Below are positions 10,085-20,329 of a stretch of DNA of 52,354 nucleotides, piece after piece. The translations under genes and the position numbers were made by a program. The notes under the pieces were generated by a model. That model did no database searches, had not been told where the DNA came from, and saw only the letters and a program-made list of their open reading frames with translations. Origin of the DNA: an uncultured bacterium (GTDB lineage Bacteria > Cyanobacteriota > Cyanobacteriia > Phormidesmidales > Phormidesmidaceae); NCBI GenBank assembly GCA_964452545.1, contig CAYVMR010000001.1, forward strand, positions 1 to 52,354, read 5' to 3'. Each line of letters begins with the position of its first letter. Position 1 is the first letter of the stretch.

Positions 10085-10795
10085 ATGGCCGATCCCCTGG
10101 TGGAGTTTTGCCAACTGGATAAGACCTACGGCAGTGGTAACACGGAGGTGCGGGCCCTGTGCCATGTTACCCTCACCATTGAGCGGGGGGAGTACTGCGC
10201 CATTATGGGGCCCTCCGGGTCGGGTAAATCGACCGCCATGAATATGATTGGCTGCCTGGATCGCCCCACCAGGGGGGAGTACTTTTTCGATCGCCAAAAC
10301 GTGGCTAATTTAGATGATGCCACCCTGGCCCACATTCGCAACCAAAAGATTGGCTTCGTGTTTCAGCAGTTTCACCTGTTGCCCCAACTCAGTGCCCAGG
10401 AAAATGTGGAGCTGCCCATGATCTACGCTGGGGTTAATCGGCTGGACCGGCAACAGCGGGCCCGAGCCGCTCTCATCCAGGTGGGCCTTGGCGATCGCCT
10501 GCAAAACCGCCCTAACCAACTCTCAGGTGGACAACAACAGCGGGTGGCCATCGCCCGGGCGATCGTCAACCATCCCCTTTTGCTATTGGCGGATGAGCCT
10601 ACCGGCGCCCTCGATAGCCGTACCACCCAGGAGGTGTTGGCCATTTTCGCCAACCTCCATCGCCAGGGAATGACGGTGGTGATGGTCACCCACGAGGCGG
10701 AGGTGGCCCGGGCCAGCCAGCGCATCCTTTGGTTTAAAGACGGTCAGGTGGTGAATCCCCACCTCAGCCCAGCGGATCTGGGTACGGTGCTGTAG
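10085..10795 (+). CDS. ABC transporter ATP-binding protein, LolD/MacB-like
   Basis: GPSGSGKST, IGFVFQQFHL, LSGGQQQRVAIARA and LADEPTGALD. Confidence 0.92.
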   Translation: MADPLVEFCQLDKTYGSGNTEVRALCHVTLTIERGEYCAIMGPSGSGKSTAMNMIGCLDRPTRGEYFFDRQNVANLDDATLAHIRNQKIGFVFQQFHLLPQLSAQENVELPMIYAGVNRLDRQQRARAALIQVGLGDRLQNRPNQLSGGQQQRVAIARAIVNHPLLLLADEPTGALDSRTTQEVLAIFANLHRQGMTVVMVTHEAEVARASQRILWFKDGQVVNPHLSPADLGTVL

Positions 10796-10842
10796 GGGGG
10801 TGAATCATCAGTGATCAGGGGTCAGGGGCTTGCGGTGGCGGC

Positions 10843-11337
10843 TTAGTCGGGGGAGCGGGGCGATCGCCGTTGGGCAAACCACCCCTGTAACAGGGCCTGA
10901 CAGGGCTCCGCCAAAATCCCCGCCAGCACCGGTAGACGATGGTTAGAGCAGGGGCTAGCGGGTAGGTTCAACACCGAGCGCACCGCCCCCGCCTTCGGGT
11001 CATCGGCGCCGTAGACCAGTAACCCCAGCCGACTGAGGAGAATCGCCCCGGCACACATGGGGCAGGGCTCGAGGGTGACGTAGAGGGTGCAGCGGTCCAG
11101 CCGCCAACTGCCCAGCCGCTGGCTGGCCTGGCGCAGGGCCAAGATTTCCGCATGGGCGGTGGGGTCCTGATCTCGCTGGCGGCGGTTAGCGGCCTCCGCC
11201 AGCACCTCATCCCCAGGCCCCAGGATCACCGCCCCCACCGGCACATCTCCGGCCTCTCCCGCCGCCGCCGCCAGGGCTAGGGCTCGCTCCATCCAGTGGT
11301 GGTGGCGCTGTAGGGTGGGGTCGAGGGAAGGGCACAT
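10843..11337 (-). CDS. tadA: tRNA adenosine(34) deaminase
   Basis: DVPVGAV, DPTAHAE, TLEPCPMC and SNH motifs. Confidence 0.93.
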   Translation of the reverse strand: MCPSLDPTLQRHHHWMERALALAAAAGEAGDVPVGAVILGPGDEVLAEAANRRQRDQDPTAHAEILALRQASQRLGSWRLDRCTLYVTLEPCPMCAGAILLSRLGLLVYGADDPKAGAVRSVLNLPASPCSNHRLPVLAGILAEPCQALLQGWFAQRRSPRSPD

Positions 11338-11409
11338 GGGAGTCAGGAATCAGAACTCAGTGGTCAGGAGAAGCCGGTCTACCTCGGTCGGAGTCTACCA
11401 GATCCCCCA

Positions 11410-12489
11410 CTATAGGTAGGTCTGCAGCACCGCCGCCGTGGCGGCCCCGGTTTTGGCCCAGCTGAACCGCTGGGCCCGCTCCAGCCCGGCCCGGTGTAAC
11501 TGCTGCCACAGCTGGCTATCCTGCCATACCGCCGCCATGGCCGCCGCCAGTTCCCCCACCTGGTAGGGGTCGATCAGCAGGGCGGCCGCCCCCGCCACCT
11601 CCGGCAGCGAGGCCAGATTAGAGGTAATCACCGGGGTACCGCAGGCCATGGCCTCCAGCACCGGCAGGCCAAACCCCTCCCACAGGCTAGGAAACACCAG
11701 GGCGATGGCCTGGTTGATTAGCCGGGGCAAGTCCGCCTCGGGGACATAGCCCAGGAACCGCACCCGCGACCCTAGCTCCAGAGCCTCCACCTGGGCTTGT
11801 AGGGCGGGGGTAAACCGGCGATCGCTGCCGCCCCCAATCCACAGCTCTAGGTCAGCGGCCCCGGCGGGCAACTGAGCAAAGGCCTGAATTAACCGGGCCA
11901 GGTTTTTGTAGGGGGCATGGCGCCCCAGGTAGAGAAAGTAGGACTGGCGGGGTAGGTCTAGCCACTGGTAGTGACGGTCATCGTAGGCCAGGGGAATAAC
12001 GGTAATTGCCCCTGGCGGAGACCCGAGAAAGCGGTGGATATCCTGGCGGGTGGCTTCTGAATTGCAGAGAATATGGGTCGCCTGGTGTATCACCCGGGGT
12101 AGATACTGGCGACAGTAGAGCCCCATCGGGGAGAGGGCCCGACCGACGTGGAGGGGAATTAAGTCATGGACGGTGACCACCGTTCGGCAGAGGGAGCCCA
12201 AGGGGGTCTCCGGTATGGGTGAAAACAGCAGCTTTGCCCCGGTTTGCTGGTAAACGCGGGGTAACTGGGTTTGGGTCCACCAGAGACGCTGACCGTGGCC
12301 CCGCAGGCCAAAGTCATGGGTACCCCGAGGGGGGCTAGCTAAACAAACCTCCCCCGGCAAGGGGCTCGGGCTGAGTACGACTCGAGGGGCAGAGCCCAGG
12401 TAAGGCAGAATATTCAAGGCGTAGACCGCTAGCCCGGTCGGTTGACGGGGAACAAAGGCCAGGTTAATCAGCAGGTCAGCCTGGAGCAT
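11410..12489 (-). CDS. Glycosyltransferase family 4 (group 1)
   Basis: [29 protein letters not shown] and FSW motifs. Confidence 0.92.
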   Translation of the reverse strand: MLQADLLINLAFVPRQPTGLAVYALNILPYLGSAPRVVLSPSPLPGEVCLASPPRGTHDFGLRGHGQRLWWTQTQLPRVYQQTGAKLLFSPIPETPLGSLCRTVVTVHDLIPLHVGRALSPMGLYCRQYLPRVIHQATHILCNSEATRQDIHRFLGSPPGAITVIPLAYDDRHYQWLDLPRQSYFLYLGRHAPYKNLARLIQAFAQLPAGAADLELWIGGGSDRRFTPALQAQVEALELGSRVRFLGYVPEADLPRLINQAIALVFPSLWEGFGLPVLEAMACGTPVITSNLASLPEVAGAAALLIDPYQVGELAAAMAAVWQDSQLWQQLHRAGLERAQRFSWAKTGAATAAVLQTYL

Positions 12490-12521
12490 AAGCAAGGGTC
12501 GGAAAACCCTCGAATTCTACC

Positions 12522-13688
12522 CTAAAGCAGGGATCGGTAGGCCGCCAGGGTAGCCTGGGCGGTGCGCCGCCAGGAGAACTGGGCCGCCTGGGCGTAGCCC
12601 TGGGTGATGAGGGACTGACGCAGGGGGCGATCGCTCATCACCCGCCAGCAGGCCGCCGCCAGGTCCTCTGGGCTAGCCGGGTCCACCAGCAGGGCCGCCT
12701 CCCCCGCCACCTCCGGCAAAGAGGAGCTCTGGGCGGTCACCACCGGGCAGCCCAGGGTCATGGCCTCCAACACCGGCAGGCCAAAGCCTTCGTACCAGGA
12801 GGGATAGGCCAATAGATCGGCGTGGGCATAGGCGTAGGCCACCTGGGCATCACTGAGGTAGTCGAGGTGGTGGATATGGCTAGACCAGGGGGAAGCGGCG
12901 ATGGCGGCAAAGATCGGCTCGACCTGCCAACCCCGTTGACCCACCAGCACCAACTGGTGATCGATGCGATGTTGGCTTTTCAGTTGGTTAAAGGCTTGAA
13001 TCAAGGTCAAGAGATTTTTGCGGGGTTCCAGGGTACTGACAAACAGGATGTAGGGCCGTTCCCCCAGGGCCTCCTGTCCCAGATATACCGGCTCCTGGGG
13101 GACGATGCCTGACCCCAGGGCATCGCTGGCGTAGCGGCTGGCCAGGGGGGTAACCCAGACCCGATCAGCATCCACCCCCAGGTACTCCACAATATCTCGC
13201 TTCGAACTCTCAGAAATAGTCAGCACCAAGTCAGCCCAGCCTAACCCCTGTCTGACCCGTTGACCGTAGGTGCGGACGACGGCGGTGACGTAGGCCGGGT
13301 ACCGCAGGAAACACAAATCATAGATGGTCATCAGCCGCTGGCTATGGCGACAGGGAAAAACCGTGTAGTTGGTGCCGTGGTAGATATCAGGGCGACCGAA
13401 CCGGTCTTCCAGACTGGCTAAAATCGACCCCTGGCCCGGCAATTGCACCAACAGATTGAGCAGACGCACCGGCAGGGGCAGCACCACCGGGTTGGGGTAG
13501 CAACGCAGCACCTCCGGTAGTTCGAGGTTACCCCGCAACCAGTTCTTCAGGCTGGGTTGGTAGGCCAGCCCCAGTTGGAAGCCTTCGGTCTCCTGCAGGG
13601 CCGCCAGGGCCGCCAGTAGGTTAATCACGTACAGCCCCACCCCACTGGGGCGAGGCAAAACCGGGGTCGCTTCAACCAGGACCTTCAT
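12522..13688 (-). CDS. Glycosyltransferase family 4 (group 1)
   Basis: [29 protein letters not shown] and FSW motifs. The start overlaps the gmd stop. Confidence 0.92.
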   Translation of the reverse strand: MKVLVEATPVLPRPSGVGLYVINLLAALAALQETEGFQLGLAYQPSLKNWLRGNLELPEVLRCYPNPVVLPLPVRLLNLLVQLPGQGSILASLEDRFGRPDIYHGTNYTVFPCRHSQRLMTIYDLCFLRYPAYVTAVVRTYGQRVRQGLGWADLVLTISESSKRDIVEYLGVDADRVWVTPLASRYASDALGSGIVPQEPVYLGQEALGERPYILFVSTLEPRKNLLTLIQAFNQLKSQHRIDHQLVLVGQRGWQVEPIFAAIAASPWSSHIHHLDYLSDAQVAYAYAHADLLAYPSWYEGFGLPVLEAMTLGCPVVTAQSSSLPEVAGEAALLVDPASPEDLAAACWRVMSDRPLRQSLITQGYAQAAQFSWRRTAQATLAAYRSLL

Positions 13689-14667
13689 GGGGCACGATCA
13701 TCCCGCGATCGGTGAGTTCCTTCAGGTCATGGTCCACCATGGACTGCACCAACGCCTCGAAGGAGTAGGCGGGCTGCCAGCGTAGTTCCGCCTTGATCTT
13801 ATAAATACAGCCCACCAGTTGTACCGCTTCATCGGGGCGGTAAAAGGCTGGATCGACGGTAACGTAATCCTGCCAGTTGAGCCCAACGCTGCTAAAGGCA
13901 CAGTCCACCAGTTCGCGCACCGAGTGGGTTTGGCCACTGGCAATGATGTAATCATCGGCCCTATCTTGCTGCAGCATCAGCCACATGGCCTGCACCACAT
14001 CCTGGGCGTGGCACCAGTCGCGGCGGGCGTCTAGGTTGCCCAGTTTGAGCTCCTGGGCCAGGCCCAGTTTAATCTTGGCCGCCCCCTGGGTGACCTTGCG
14101 GAACACAAATTCTGCGCCTCGCCGGGGGGACTCGTGGGTGTAGGTAATGCCGCAGCAGGCGTAGAGGTTATATTTCTGTCGGTAGTTGACGGTCATCCAG
14201 TGGGCGTAGGCCTTGGCGATGCCGTAGGGGTTACGGGGGCGAAAGGCGGTTTGCTCAGTTTGGGGAGATTCCTGGGGCTGGCCAAAGACTTCGCTGCTGG
14301 AGGCCTGGTAAAAGCGAATATCGGGTTTACAGCGGCGAATCCCCTCCAGCAGGCGGGAAACCCCCAGGGCGGTGTATTCGGCGGTGAGGGCGGGTTGGGT
14401 CCAGGAGAGGGGGACGTAGCTCTGGGAGGCCAGGTTGTAGATTTCGTCGGGCTGGGTTTGCTCGATCGCATCAATGAGGGAGAATTGGTCCAGCAGGTCG
14501 CCGGGGACAATGTTGATGCGATCGGAAACATGACTGATGCGACTGAGACTACTGGAGCTGGAACGGCGCACCATGCCATAGACTGTGTAGTCTTTAGCCA
14601 GCAGTAACTCCGCCAAGTAGGAGCCATCTTGCCCGGTGATGCCGGTAATTAAGGCGGTTTTACTCAT
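13672..14667 (-). CDS. gmd: GDP-mannose 4,6-dehydratase
   Basis: ALITGITGQDGSYL, YQASSSE, PYGIAK, HESPRRG and LGNLDARRDW motifs. Confidence 0.93.
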   Translation of the reverse strand: MSKTALITGITGQDGSYLAELLLAKDYTVYGMVRRSSSSSLSRISHVSDRINIVPGDLLDQFSLIDAIEQTQPDEIYNLASQSYVPLSWTQPALTAEYTALGVSRLLEGIRRCKPDIRFYQASSSEVFGQPQESPQTEQTAFRPRNPYGIAKAYAHWMTVNYRQKYNLYACCGITYTHESPRRGAEFVFRKVTQGAAKIKLGLAQELKLGNLDARRDWCHAQDVVQAMWLMLQQDRADDYIIASGQTHSVRELVDCAFSSVGLNWQDYVTVDPAFYRPDEAVQLVGCIYKIKAELRWQPAYSFEALVQSMVDHDLKELTDRGMIVPHEGPG

Positions 14668-14797
14668 GGTCTTGGGAGGGGAAGATAGAATCTATTCGTC
14701 CCCTTCAGCTCCACTTAGGGAACCCTGGAGATACAATTAGCATTGTAGGGCTTAGGGATACCAATAATGAAGCCTTGGCCCCCGAAGTCATCCCAGC

Positions 14798-17302
14798 CTA
14801 GGTCATAATCGTACCCCCCAGCAGTTTGTCGTGACGGCGCTGCAGCTCCTCCGCCAGCTGAGGCCAGCCGCTCAGGGATGGGTCTGTAGCCAGGGTTTGT
14901 TCCGCCGCCTGGCGAGCCAACATCAGCACATCCTGATCCGTCATCAGGCTAGCCAGGGCAAAGTCCGGCAGGCCAGATTGGCGGGTGCCCAACACCTCCC
15001 CAGGCCCCCTCAGGCGCAGGTCCATCTCGGCAATAAAGAAGCCATCCTGGGATTGCTCCAACACCTGTAGCCGCTGGCGAGCCACCTCGCTGCGGCTGCT
15101 GCTGAGCAACAAACAAAAGGACTGGGCGGCCCCCCGCCCCACCCGGCCCCGTAACTGATGCAGTTGGGAGAGGCCAAACCGTTCCGCGTGTTCGATCAGC
15201 ATCACCGTGGCATTGGGCACATCGACCCCCACCTCCACCACCGTGGTAGAGACCAGGATCTGGCTTGCGGCCTGGCGAAACCGGGAGATAGCCGCCTCCT
15301 TTTCCGCTGACGCCATGCGACCATGGAGCAGATCCACCTGGAAATCTGGGAAAATCACCTGGGCCAGGCGTTGGTGTTCCTCCACCGCCGACTTGAGATC
15401 CAGTTTCTCCGATTCCTCCACCAGCGGTAATACCACGTAGGCCTGACGCCCCTGGGCAATTTCCCGTTTGATCAGGTCGTAGGCGTGGGGCCGGTCCTGA
15501 CTGCTTAGCAGGGTGGTTTGAATGGCCTGGCGCCCCGGCGGCAACTCGTCAATCTGACTGACATCTAGATCGCCGTGCAGGGTCAGGGAAAGGGTGCGGG
15601 GGATGGGGGTGGCGGTCAGGGTGAGAACGTGGGGATGGCGGCCCTTCTGAGTGAGTCGAGCCCGTTGCTGGACGCCGAAGCGGTGTTGCTCGTCAATCAC
15701 CACCAGACCCAGGGCAGAAAACTGCACCGGGTCTTCAATCAGGGCGTGGGTACCGACCACCACCGGCAATTCTCCCGTGGCGAGGGCCGCGAGGATCTGC
15801 CGCCGCTTGGCCGCCCGGGTTGACCCGGTGAGTAGCTCCACGGGCAGATGCAGTTGAGTACACCACTCCACCAGTTTACGGTAGTGCTGCTCCGCCAGCA
15901 CCTCCGTGGGGGCCATCAGCACCGTCTGATACCCCGCTTGCACCGCCGCCAGCATGGCCACCACCGCCACGACGGTTTTCCCCGATCCCACATCCCCCTG
16001 CACTAGACGGTTCATCGGTATGGTTTTTTGCAGATCGGTGAGGATGGCATTCACCACCCGTTGTTGGGCCGCGGTCAGGGAAAAGGGCAGGATCTGGTGG
16101 AATCGATCGATCAACTCGCCGCTGGGGGCCAGGGTAATCGCCGTTTGCTCCTGCTGTTGTTGTTGTCGGCGGCGTAACAGCCCCAGTTGCAGGTAGAAAA
16201 ATTCATCGAACACCAGGCGCCGCCGGGCCTGGGCCAGGCTGTCGCTATGTTCAGGAAAGTGAATCTGGTCGATCGCCCGTTGCAGATCCATCAAGCCATG
16301 GGATTCACGCAAATCCCCAGGCAAAGGATCGCTGATCTGGGCCACCGCGGGCAAAGCTGCCGCCACTGCCCGTCGCACCAGGTCCGCCGGCACCCCCTCC
16401 GTCAGGGGATAGACCGGCACTAGCCGACCGATCGAGAGGGACTCAATCTGATCGCTAAGGCTATCCAGCACCTCCAGGTGGGGATCCTCTAAGGTGAGGC
16501 CGAATTTGCCCTGTTTTACCAGCCCAGCGGCGGCGACGATCGCCCCCTGGGGATACTGGCGTTTTTGTTGCTGCTGCCAGCTAGGAGTGCTGTAACGGTT
16601 ACCGGGATAGAAGCGGCTAAGCTTGATTTGACCGCTATCGTCGGCCAGCAGCAGTTCAAAAATGGTCAACTGGCGATTGCGTGGGCTGGTAAAACAATTC
16701 ACCCGTTTCACCCGGCCCAGCAGGGTAACGGTTTCCCCCGGCACCAAGCAGCCAATCTTCACCTGCTGGGCATAGTTGAGGTGGTCACGGGGATAGTAGT
16801 AGAGGACATCGGCCACGGTGTGAAGTCCCAAACGGGCCAGGCGATCGCCGTTTTTAGGCCCAATCCCCTTCAGGTAGGTCAGGGCCTGCCCAGGTCCAAC
16901 AGGGGCCGCAGCGGTGACCGATCTACCGGTGGATGCGCCCCCTAAGGAGGGAGCGGCCACTTCCGCCAATCGGTTCAGGGGCTGGCGCCGGCCCTGCCCC
17001 TGACGATGGATAGTTAATAACTGGCGGGTATGGTGCAATAGCCGCCGGGTTTTGGCCACCAAGTGCTGGCGTTGGGCAAAGCTGAGGTCCGGGTAGCGAT
17101 CGTAGGATTGAGCCAGATCCTGCCAGACGGCTTGCTGATCGAGGGGCAGAATGGGGGGCGGTTGACCTAGACTGTCGGCCAAAAATTGGCTGAAGCGTTG
17201 CTGTTTACCCACCAGATCATTAAAGCCAGTCTCTGCTTCCAGGGCCAGGGCTCGATGCCAGCGCAGCCAGTCCGGCTGGGATGGTTCTTGGTCAGCCCCC
17301 AT
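14798..17302 (-). CDS. recG: ATP-dependent DNA helicase RecG with a cyanobacterial N-terminal extension
   Basis: QGDVGSGKT, DEQHRFG, TATPIPRTL, QLHQLRGRVGRG and DLRLRGPGE motifs. Confidence 0.97.
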   Translation of the reverse strand: MGADQEPSQPDWLRWHRALALEAETGFNDLVGKQQRFSQFLADSLGQPPPILPLDQQAVWQDLAQSYDRYPDLSFAQRQHLVAKTRRLLHHTRQLLTIHRQGQGRRQPLNRLAEVAAPSLGGASTGRSVTAAAPVGPGQALTYLKGIGPKNGDRLARLGLHTVADVLYYYPRDHLNYAQQVKIGCLVPGETVTLLGRVKRVNCFTSPRNRQLTIFELLLADDSGQIKLSRFYPGNRYSTPSWQQQQKRQYPQGAIVAAAGLVKQGKFGLTLEDPHLEVLDSLSDQIESLSIGRLVPVYPLTEGVPADLVRRAVAAALPAVAQISDPLPGDLRESHGLMDLQRAIDQIHFPEHSDSLAQARRRLVFDEFFYLQLGLLRRRQQQQQEQTAITLAPSGELIDRFHQILPFSLTAAQQRVVNAILTDLQKTIPMNRLVQGDVGSGKTVVAVVAMLAAVQAGYQTVLMAPTEVLAEQHYRKLVEWCTQLHLPVELLTGSTRAAKRRQILAALATGELPVVVGTHALIEDPVQFSALGLVVIDEQHRFGVQQRARLTQKGRHPHVLTLTATPIPRTLSLTLHGDLDVSQIDELPPGRQAIQTTLLSSQDRPHAYDLIKREIAQGRQAYVVLPLVEESEKLDLKSAVEEHQRLAQVIFPDFQVDLLHGRMASAEKEAAISRFRQAASQILVSTTVVEVGVDVPNATVMLIEHAERFGLSQLHQLRGRVGRGAAQSFCLLLSSSRSEVARQRLQVLEQSQDGFFIAEMDLRLRGPGEVLGTRQSGLPDFALASLMTDQDVLMLARQAAEQTLATDPSLSGWPQLAEELQRRHDKLLGGTIMT

Positions 17303-17330
17303 GCTTGCCTCGTCCTCCTTGCTGTTGCCC

Positions 17331-18518
17331 CTAGGGTAGGGAATCGTCGTACCAGACTGCTCTCCAGGCCTGTTCTGCGGATGAAATGGCTAATTCCCGC
17401 TGAACTTTCTGATACTGCTTACCCAGCTTACGTAACTTGCCCAGGGCGGTGCGTAACTTACTGCGCCCCAGGGAGGATTTTACATCGTTAAATTCTAGAT
17501 CCGATAACCGCAAATTAATCGCCGCCAGGTGAGTCATAGTACTTTCCGGACTCTCCTCCTCGTCCTCGTCCTCCTCTCCCTCCAGTTCCTCCTCCTCTCG
17601 ATCACGGTTGTCGGCCACCAGAGAGGGATCGAGGGGTTGGTTGAGATTGCGGGCCAAATCGGGGGAGATGGCCACCATCACATTCAGAATGTTGGGCACC
17701 GATCGCCCGCGGCCCGGACCAATTTCGGCATCGGAGGCCGCATTGAGTACTGCATCGGGCAGGTTTGGTAACACCTTAGCAGTGTGTAACCGCTGATTGG
17801 CCTGCCGGGAAATGCGCTGCAGCAGATCGCGGATCTGTTGTTCCAGGTAAATGTGGTGTTTGGCCAGGCGCAGGGGGGTGAGGTCGTCGCCACTAAACAG
17901 GCGATCGCCCAGGTCCTCTGATCGATCATCCACCAAAGCCGCCATGACCATCTGCTTCAACAACGATGGAATGGCCAGAATCTCTGCCTCAGTCTGGCGG
18001 ACCGATGGTGTCACCAAGGCCACCCCTGGGTCAGAATCAGACCCAGGGGTGGCCTCGGTCTCGTCGTCTCTGGGAGATGGCACGGATTCATCGTCCTGAT
18101 CACCGATCAGGGTGTTGTCACCCTGGCTCACCTCAGGCATAGGCCCCTCTGGTGAGCCAGCCCCGTCTAAGCTAGGGAGTGTCGATGGGTCGGCTTGAGG
18201 TTCTGATTCTAGAACTCCGAATCGATCCAGATCAATGCTCGGGTCCAACAGATCGTGCAGCCAGCTATTTCCCTTCGCTCCCAGATCCCGAATTTGTCGC
18301 TGTAGAGATTCTCGCTGACTCACCGAGAGGGCCAGAAAGCTCTCGGGATACACTTGAGTACAGAGGTGATAGGTCGCCATCACCACCTGGCGCTGTAGGG
18401 TGGCGCCCAGACTGTCTAGATAGTCACCGTAGAGTCGGTTAAACTCATCCGCCAAGGCTACAGTGACTTGCTTGAGGTCATCAATTTCCCTACGAATCAC
18501 CTCGACTGGCCTGACCAT
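17331..18518 (-). CDS. Hypothetical helical protein with acidic low-complexity inserts
   Basis: 395-aa ORF between tsf and recG. Conserved-looking ends (YHLCTQ.YPE.FL.LS; AINLRLSDLEF.D, AEQAWRAVW). Confidence 0.8.
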   Translation of the reverse strand: MVRPVEVIRREIDDLKQVTVALADEFNRLYGDYLDSLGATLQRQVVMATYHLCTQVYPESFLALSVSQRESLQRQIRDLGAKGNSWLHDLLDPSIDLDRFGVLESEPQADPSTLPSLDGAGSPEGPMPEVSQGDNTLIGDQDDESVPSPRDDETEATPGSDSDPGVALVTPSVRQTEAEILAIPSLLKQMVMAALVDDRSEDLGDRLFSGDDLTPLRLAKHHIYLEQQIRDLLQRISRQANQRLHTAKVLPNLPDAVLNAASDAEIGPGRGRSVPNILNVMVAISPDLARNLNQPLDPSLVADNRDREEEELEGEEDEDEEESPESTMTHLAAINLRLSDLEFNDVKSSLGRSKLRTALGKLRKLGKQYQKVQRELAISSAEQAWRAVWYDDSLP

Positions 18519-18574
18519 AGCTTCGGCTCCAAACTAACCCATAGACTGAGCAGAAAGCAAGCAACCAGCTGGTG

Positions 18575-19240
18575 TTAGGACTTTAGGGCACCGGCCTGGG
18601 CAGCAACCTCTTCAGCAAAGTTGGTTTCTTCCTTCTCAATCCCTTCCCCCATGACAAAGCGGGAGAAGCGCCGCACCTGAATGTTTTCCCCCAGTTGGGA
18701 AATAGCCCGTTTGACTAGCTCATCAATGGAAATATTTTGATCCTTAATAAAAGGCTGGTCCATTAACGATAACTCTTTTAATCGCTTTTGGATGCGACCA
18801 TCAACGATTTTCTCCCGCATGGCTTCGGGCTTTCCAGCCAGGTCTTCCCGACCCATTTCAATAGCCTTTTCCTTGGCGATGATCGCCGCAGGGATGTCAC
18901 CCACCCGCACATACTCAACATTGGGACAGGCGGCGATTTGCATGGCCACATCCCGCACCAGGGTTTTAAACTCCTCGCGGCGAGCTACAAAGTCAGTTTC
19001 ACAGTTGACCTCCACCAGCACCCCCACTCGCCCACCGGTGTGGATATAGCTGTCAACTAACCCCTCGGCCGCTACCCGGCCTTCCTTTTTGGCGGCAGAG
19101 GCAATGCCCTTCTGTCGCAGCCAATCCATCGCCTTCTCAAAGTCCCCCTCGGTTTCCTTCAGGGCTTTCTTGCAGTCCATCATGCCCGCGCCGGTTTTAT
19201 CGCGCAGGTCCTTTACAAGCTTTGCAGCAATTTCTGCCAT
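18575..19240 (-). CDS. tsf: Translation elongation factor Ts (short form)
   Basis: [16 protein letters not shown] and [10 protein letters not shown] motifs. Confidence 0.98.
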   Translation of the reverse strand: MAEIAAKLVKDLRDKTGAGMMDCKKALKETEGDFEKAMDWLRQKGIASAAKKEGRVAAEGLVDSYIHTGGRVGVLVEVNCETDFVARREEFKTLVRDVAMQIAACPNVEYVRVGDIPAAIIAKEKAIEMGREDLAGKPEAMREKIVDGRIQKRLKELSLMDQPFIKDQNISIDELVKRAISQLGENIQVRRFSRFVMGEGIEKEETNFAEEVAAQAGALKS

Positions 19241-19310
19241 GGTGATCTAATGTCCTAACGCGTGTCGTCAAACAGAACCTAAGTTTAGGATAAGGCTTAC
19301 CCAGCTCACT

Positions 19311-20093
19311 CTACTCGTCCTCGTCCTGATCAGCGGCGGGGACATCGTAGCCGTAGTCATCCTCTTCGGCACCCTCGTAGTCATCGTAATCGTCATCACC
19401 TCGGCCTTGGGCACCGTGGGAGCCTTCATAGATGGCGTCAGCCAGTTTACCCAGGATCAGTTTGATGGAGCGAATGGCATCGTCGTTGGCCGGAATGGGG
19501 ACATCCACTAGGTCAGGATCACAATTGGTATCCAGTAGGGAGATAATCGGGATTCCCAGTTTGTGACATTCCGAAACGGCGTTATATTCCCGTTTGATAT
19601 CCACAATAATAGCTACGTCCGGTACGCGACGCATGGTCTTGATCCCCCCCAGGTATTTCTGGAGCTTTTCCAGTTCTCGGCGCAGTACGGCGGCTTCTTT
19701 TTTGGGCCGCAGCTCAATAGCGCCGGTTTCCTCCATACGTTCTAACTCTTTGAGGCGATCGGCACGGGACTTAATGGTCGCCCAGTTGGTCAGCATGCCC
19801 CCTAGCCACCGCTGGTTAACGTAGTGGGAGCCACAGCGACTGGCTTCCTGGGCCACGATGCCAGCGGCTTGTCGCTTAGTCCCGATAAACAAAAATCGTT
19901 GCCCTTGTTCTGCGGCTGACCGGGTAAAGGCGTAGGCTTCCTCGACCAACTGGGCCGTTTGCACCAGGTCAATAATGTGTACACCATTGCGGGAGGTGAA
20001 GATGTAGGGGTCCATCTTGGGGTTCCAGCGTCGGGTTTGGTGACCAAAGTGGACCCCAGACTCCAGAAGCTCTGGGAGGGTAATAACTGGCAT
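19311..20093 (-). CDS. rpsB: 30S ribosomal protein S2
   Basis: [24 protein letters not shown] and PANDDAIRS motifs. ATG 20093 follows GGAG. Confidence 0.98.
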   Translation of the reverse strand: MPVITLPELLESGVHFGHQTRRWNPKMDPYIFTSRNGVHIIDLVQTAQLVEEAYAFTRSAAEQGQRFLFIGTKRQAAGIVAQEASRCGSHYVNQRWLGGMLTNWATIKSRADRLKELERMEETGAIELRPKKEAAVLRRELEKLQKYLGGIKTMRRVPDVAIIVDIKREYNAVSECHKLGIPIISLLDTNCDPDLVDVPIPANDDAIRSIKLILGKLADAIYEGSHGAQGRGDDDYDDYEGAEEDDYGYDVPAADQDEDE

Positions 20094-20104
20094 AGGTTTT
20101 CTCC

Positions 20105-20175
20105 GTTCGGGTTTATCCACCATCCAGATGTGCTGTCAGGGCAAGCCCTACAGACCCGAAATTCTGGATGTGCGA
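20105..20175 (-). promoter_or_regulatory. rpsB leader RNA (S2 autoregulatory, t44-like)
   Basis: Minus strand reads CGCACATCCAGAATTTCGGGTCTGTAGGGCTTGCCCTGACAGCACATCTGGATGGTGGATAAACCCGAA. It forms stem CATCCAGA/TCTGGATG, an inner CTGT-AGGGC/GCCCT-ACAG hairpin and a TTCGGGT/ACCCGAA pseudoknot just before the RBS. Confidence 0.75.
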
Positions 20176-20329
20176 TTTTGACAACTTTTCTACCCTAGCA
20201 TAAGCCGGGGATCAGGGCTAACCCTAATTGGGTGGGGTGGCCTGACTGGGGAACGGCGCATCTCATCAATTCAGTCCTAAACCGGCTAAAGTCTTGAAAG
20301 GTTCTTCTCTAGCCTTCGCCACCCTTGCC

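Noticed and set aside
11340..11370. Degenerate heptamer run (AGTCAGG AATCAGA ACTCAGT GGTCAGG), similar at 10801-10830
   Set aside because: Resembles common cyanobacterial short tandem repeats, but too degenerate to call or to be informative.
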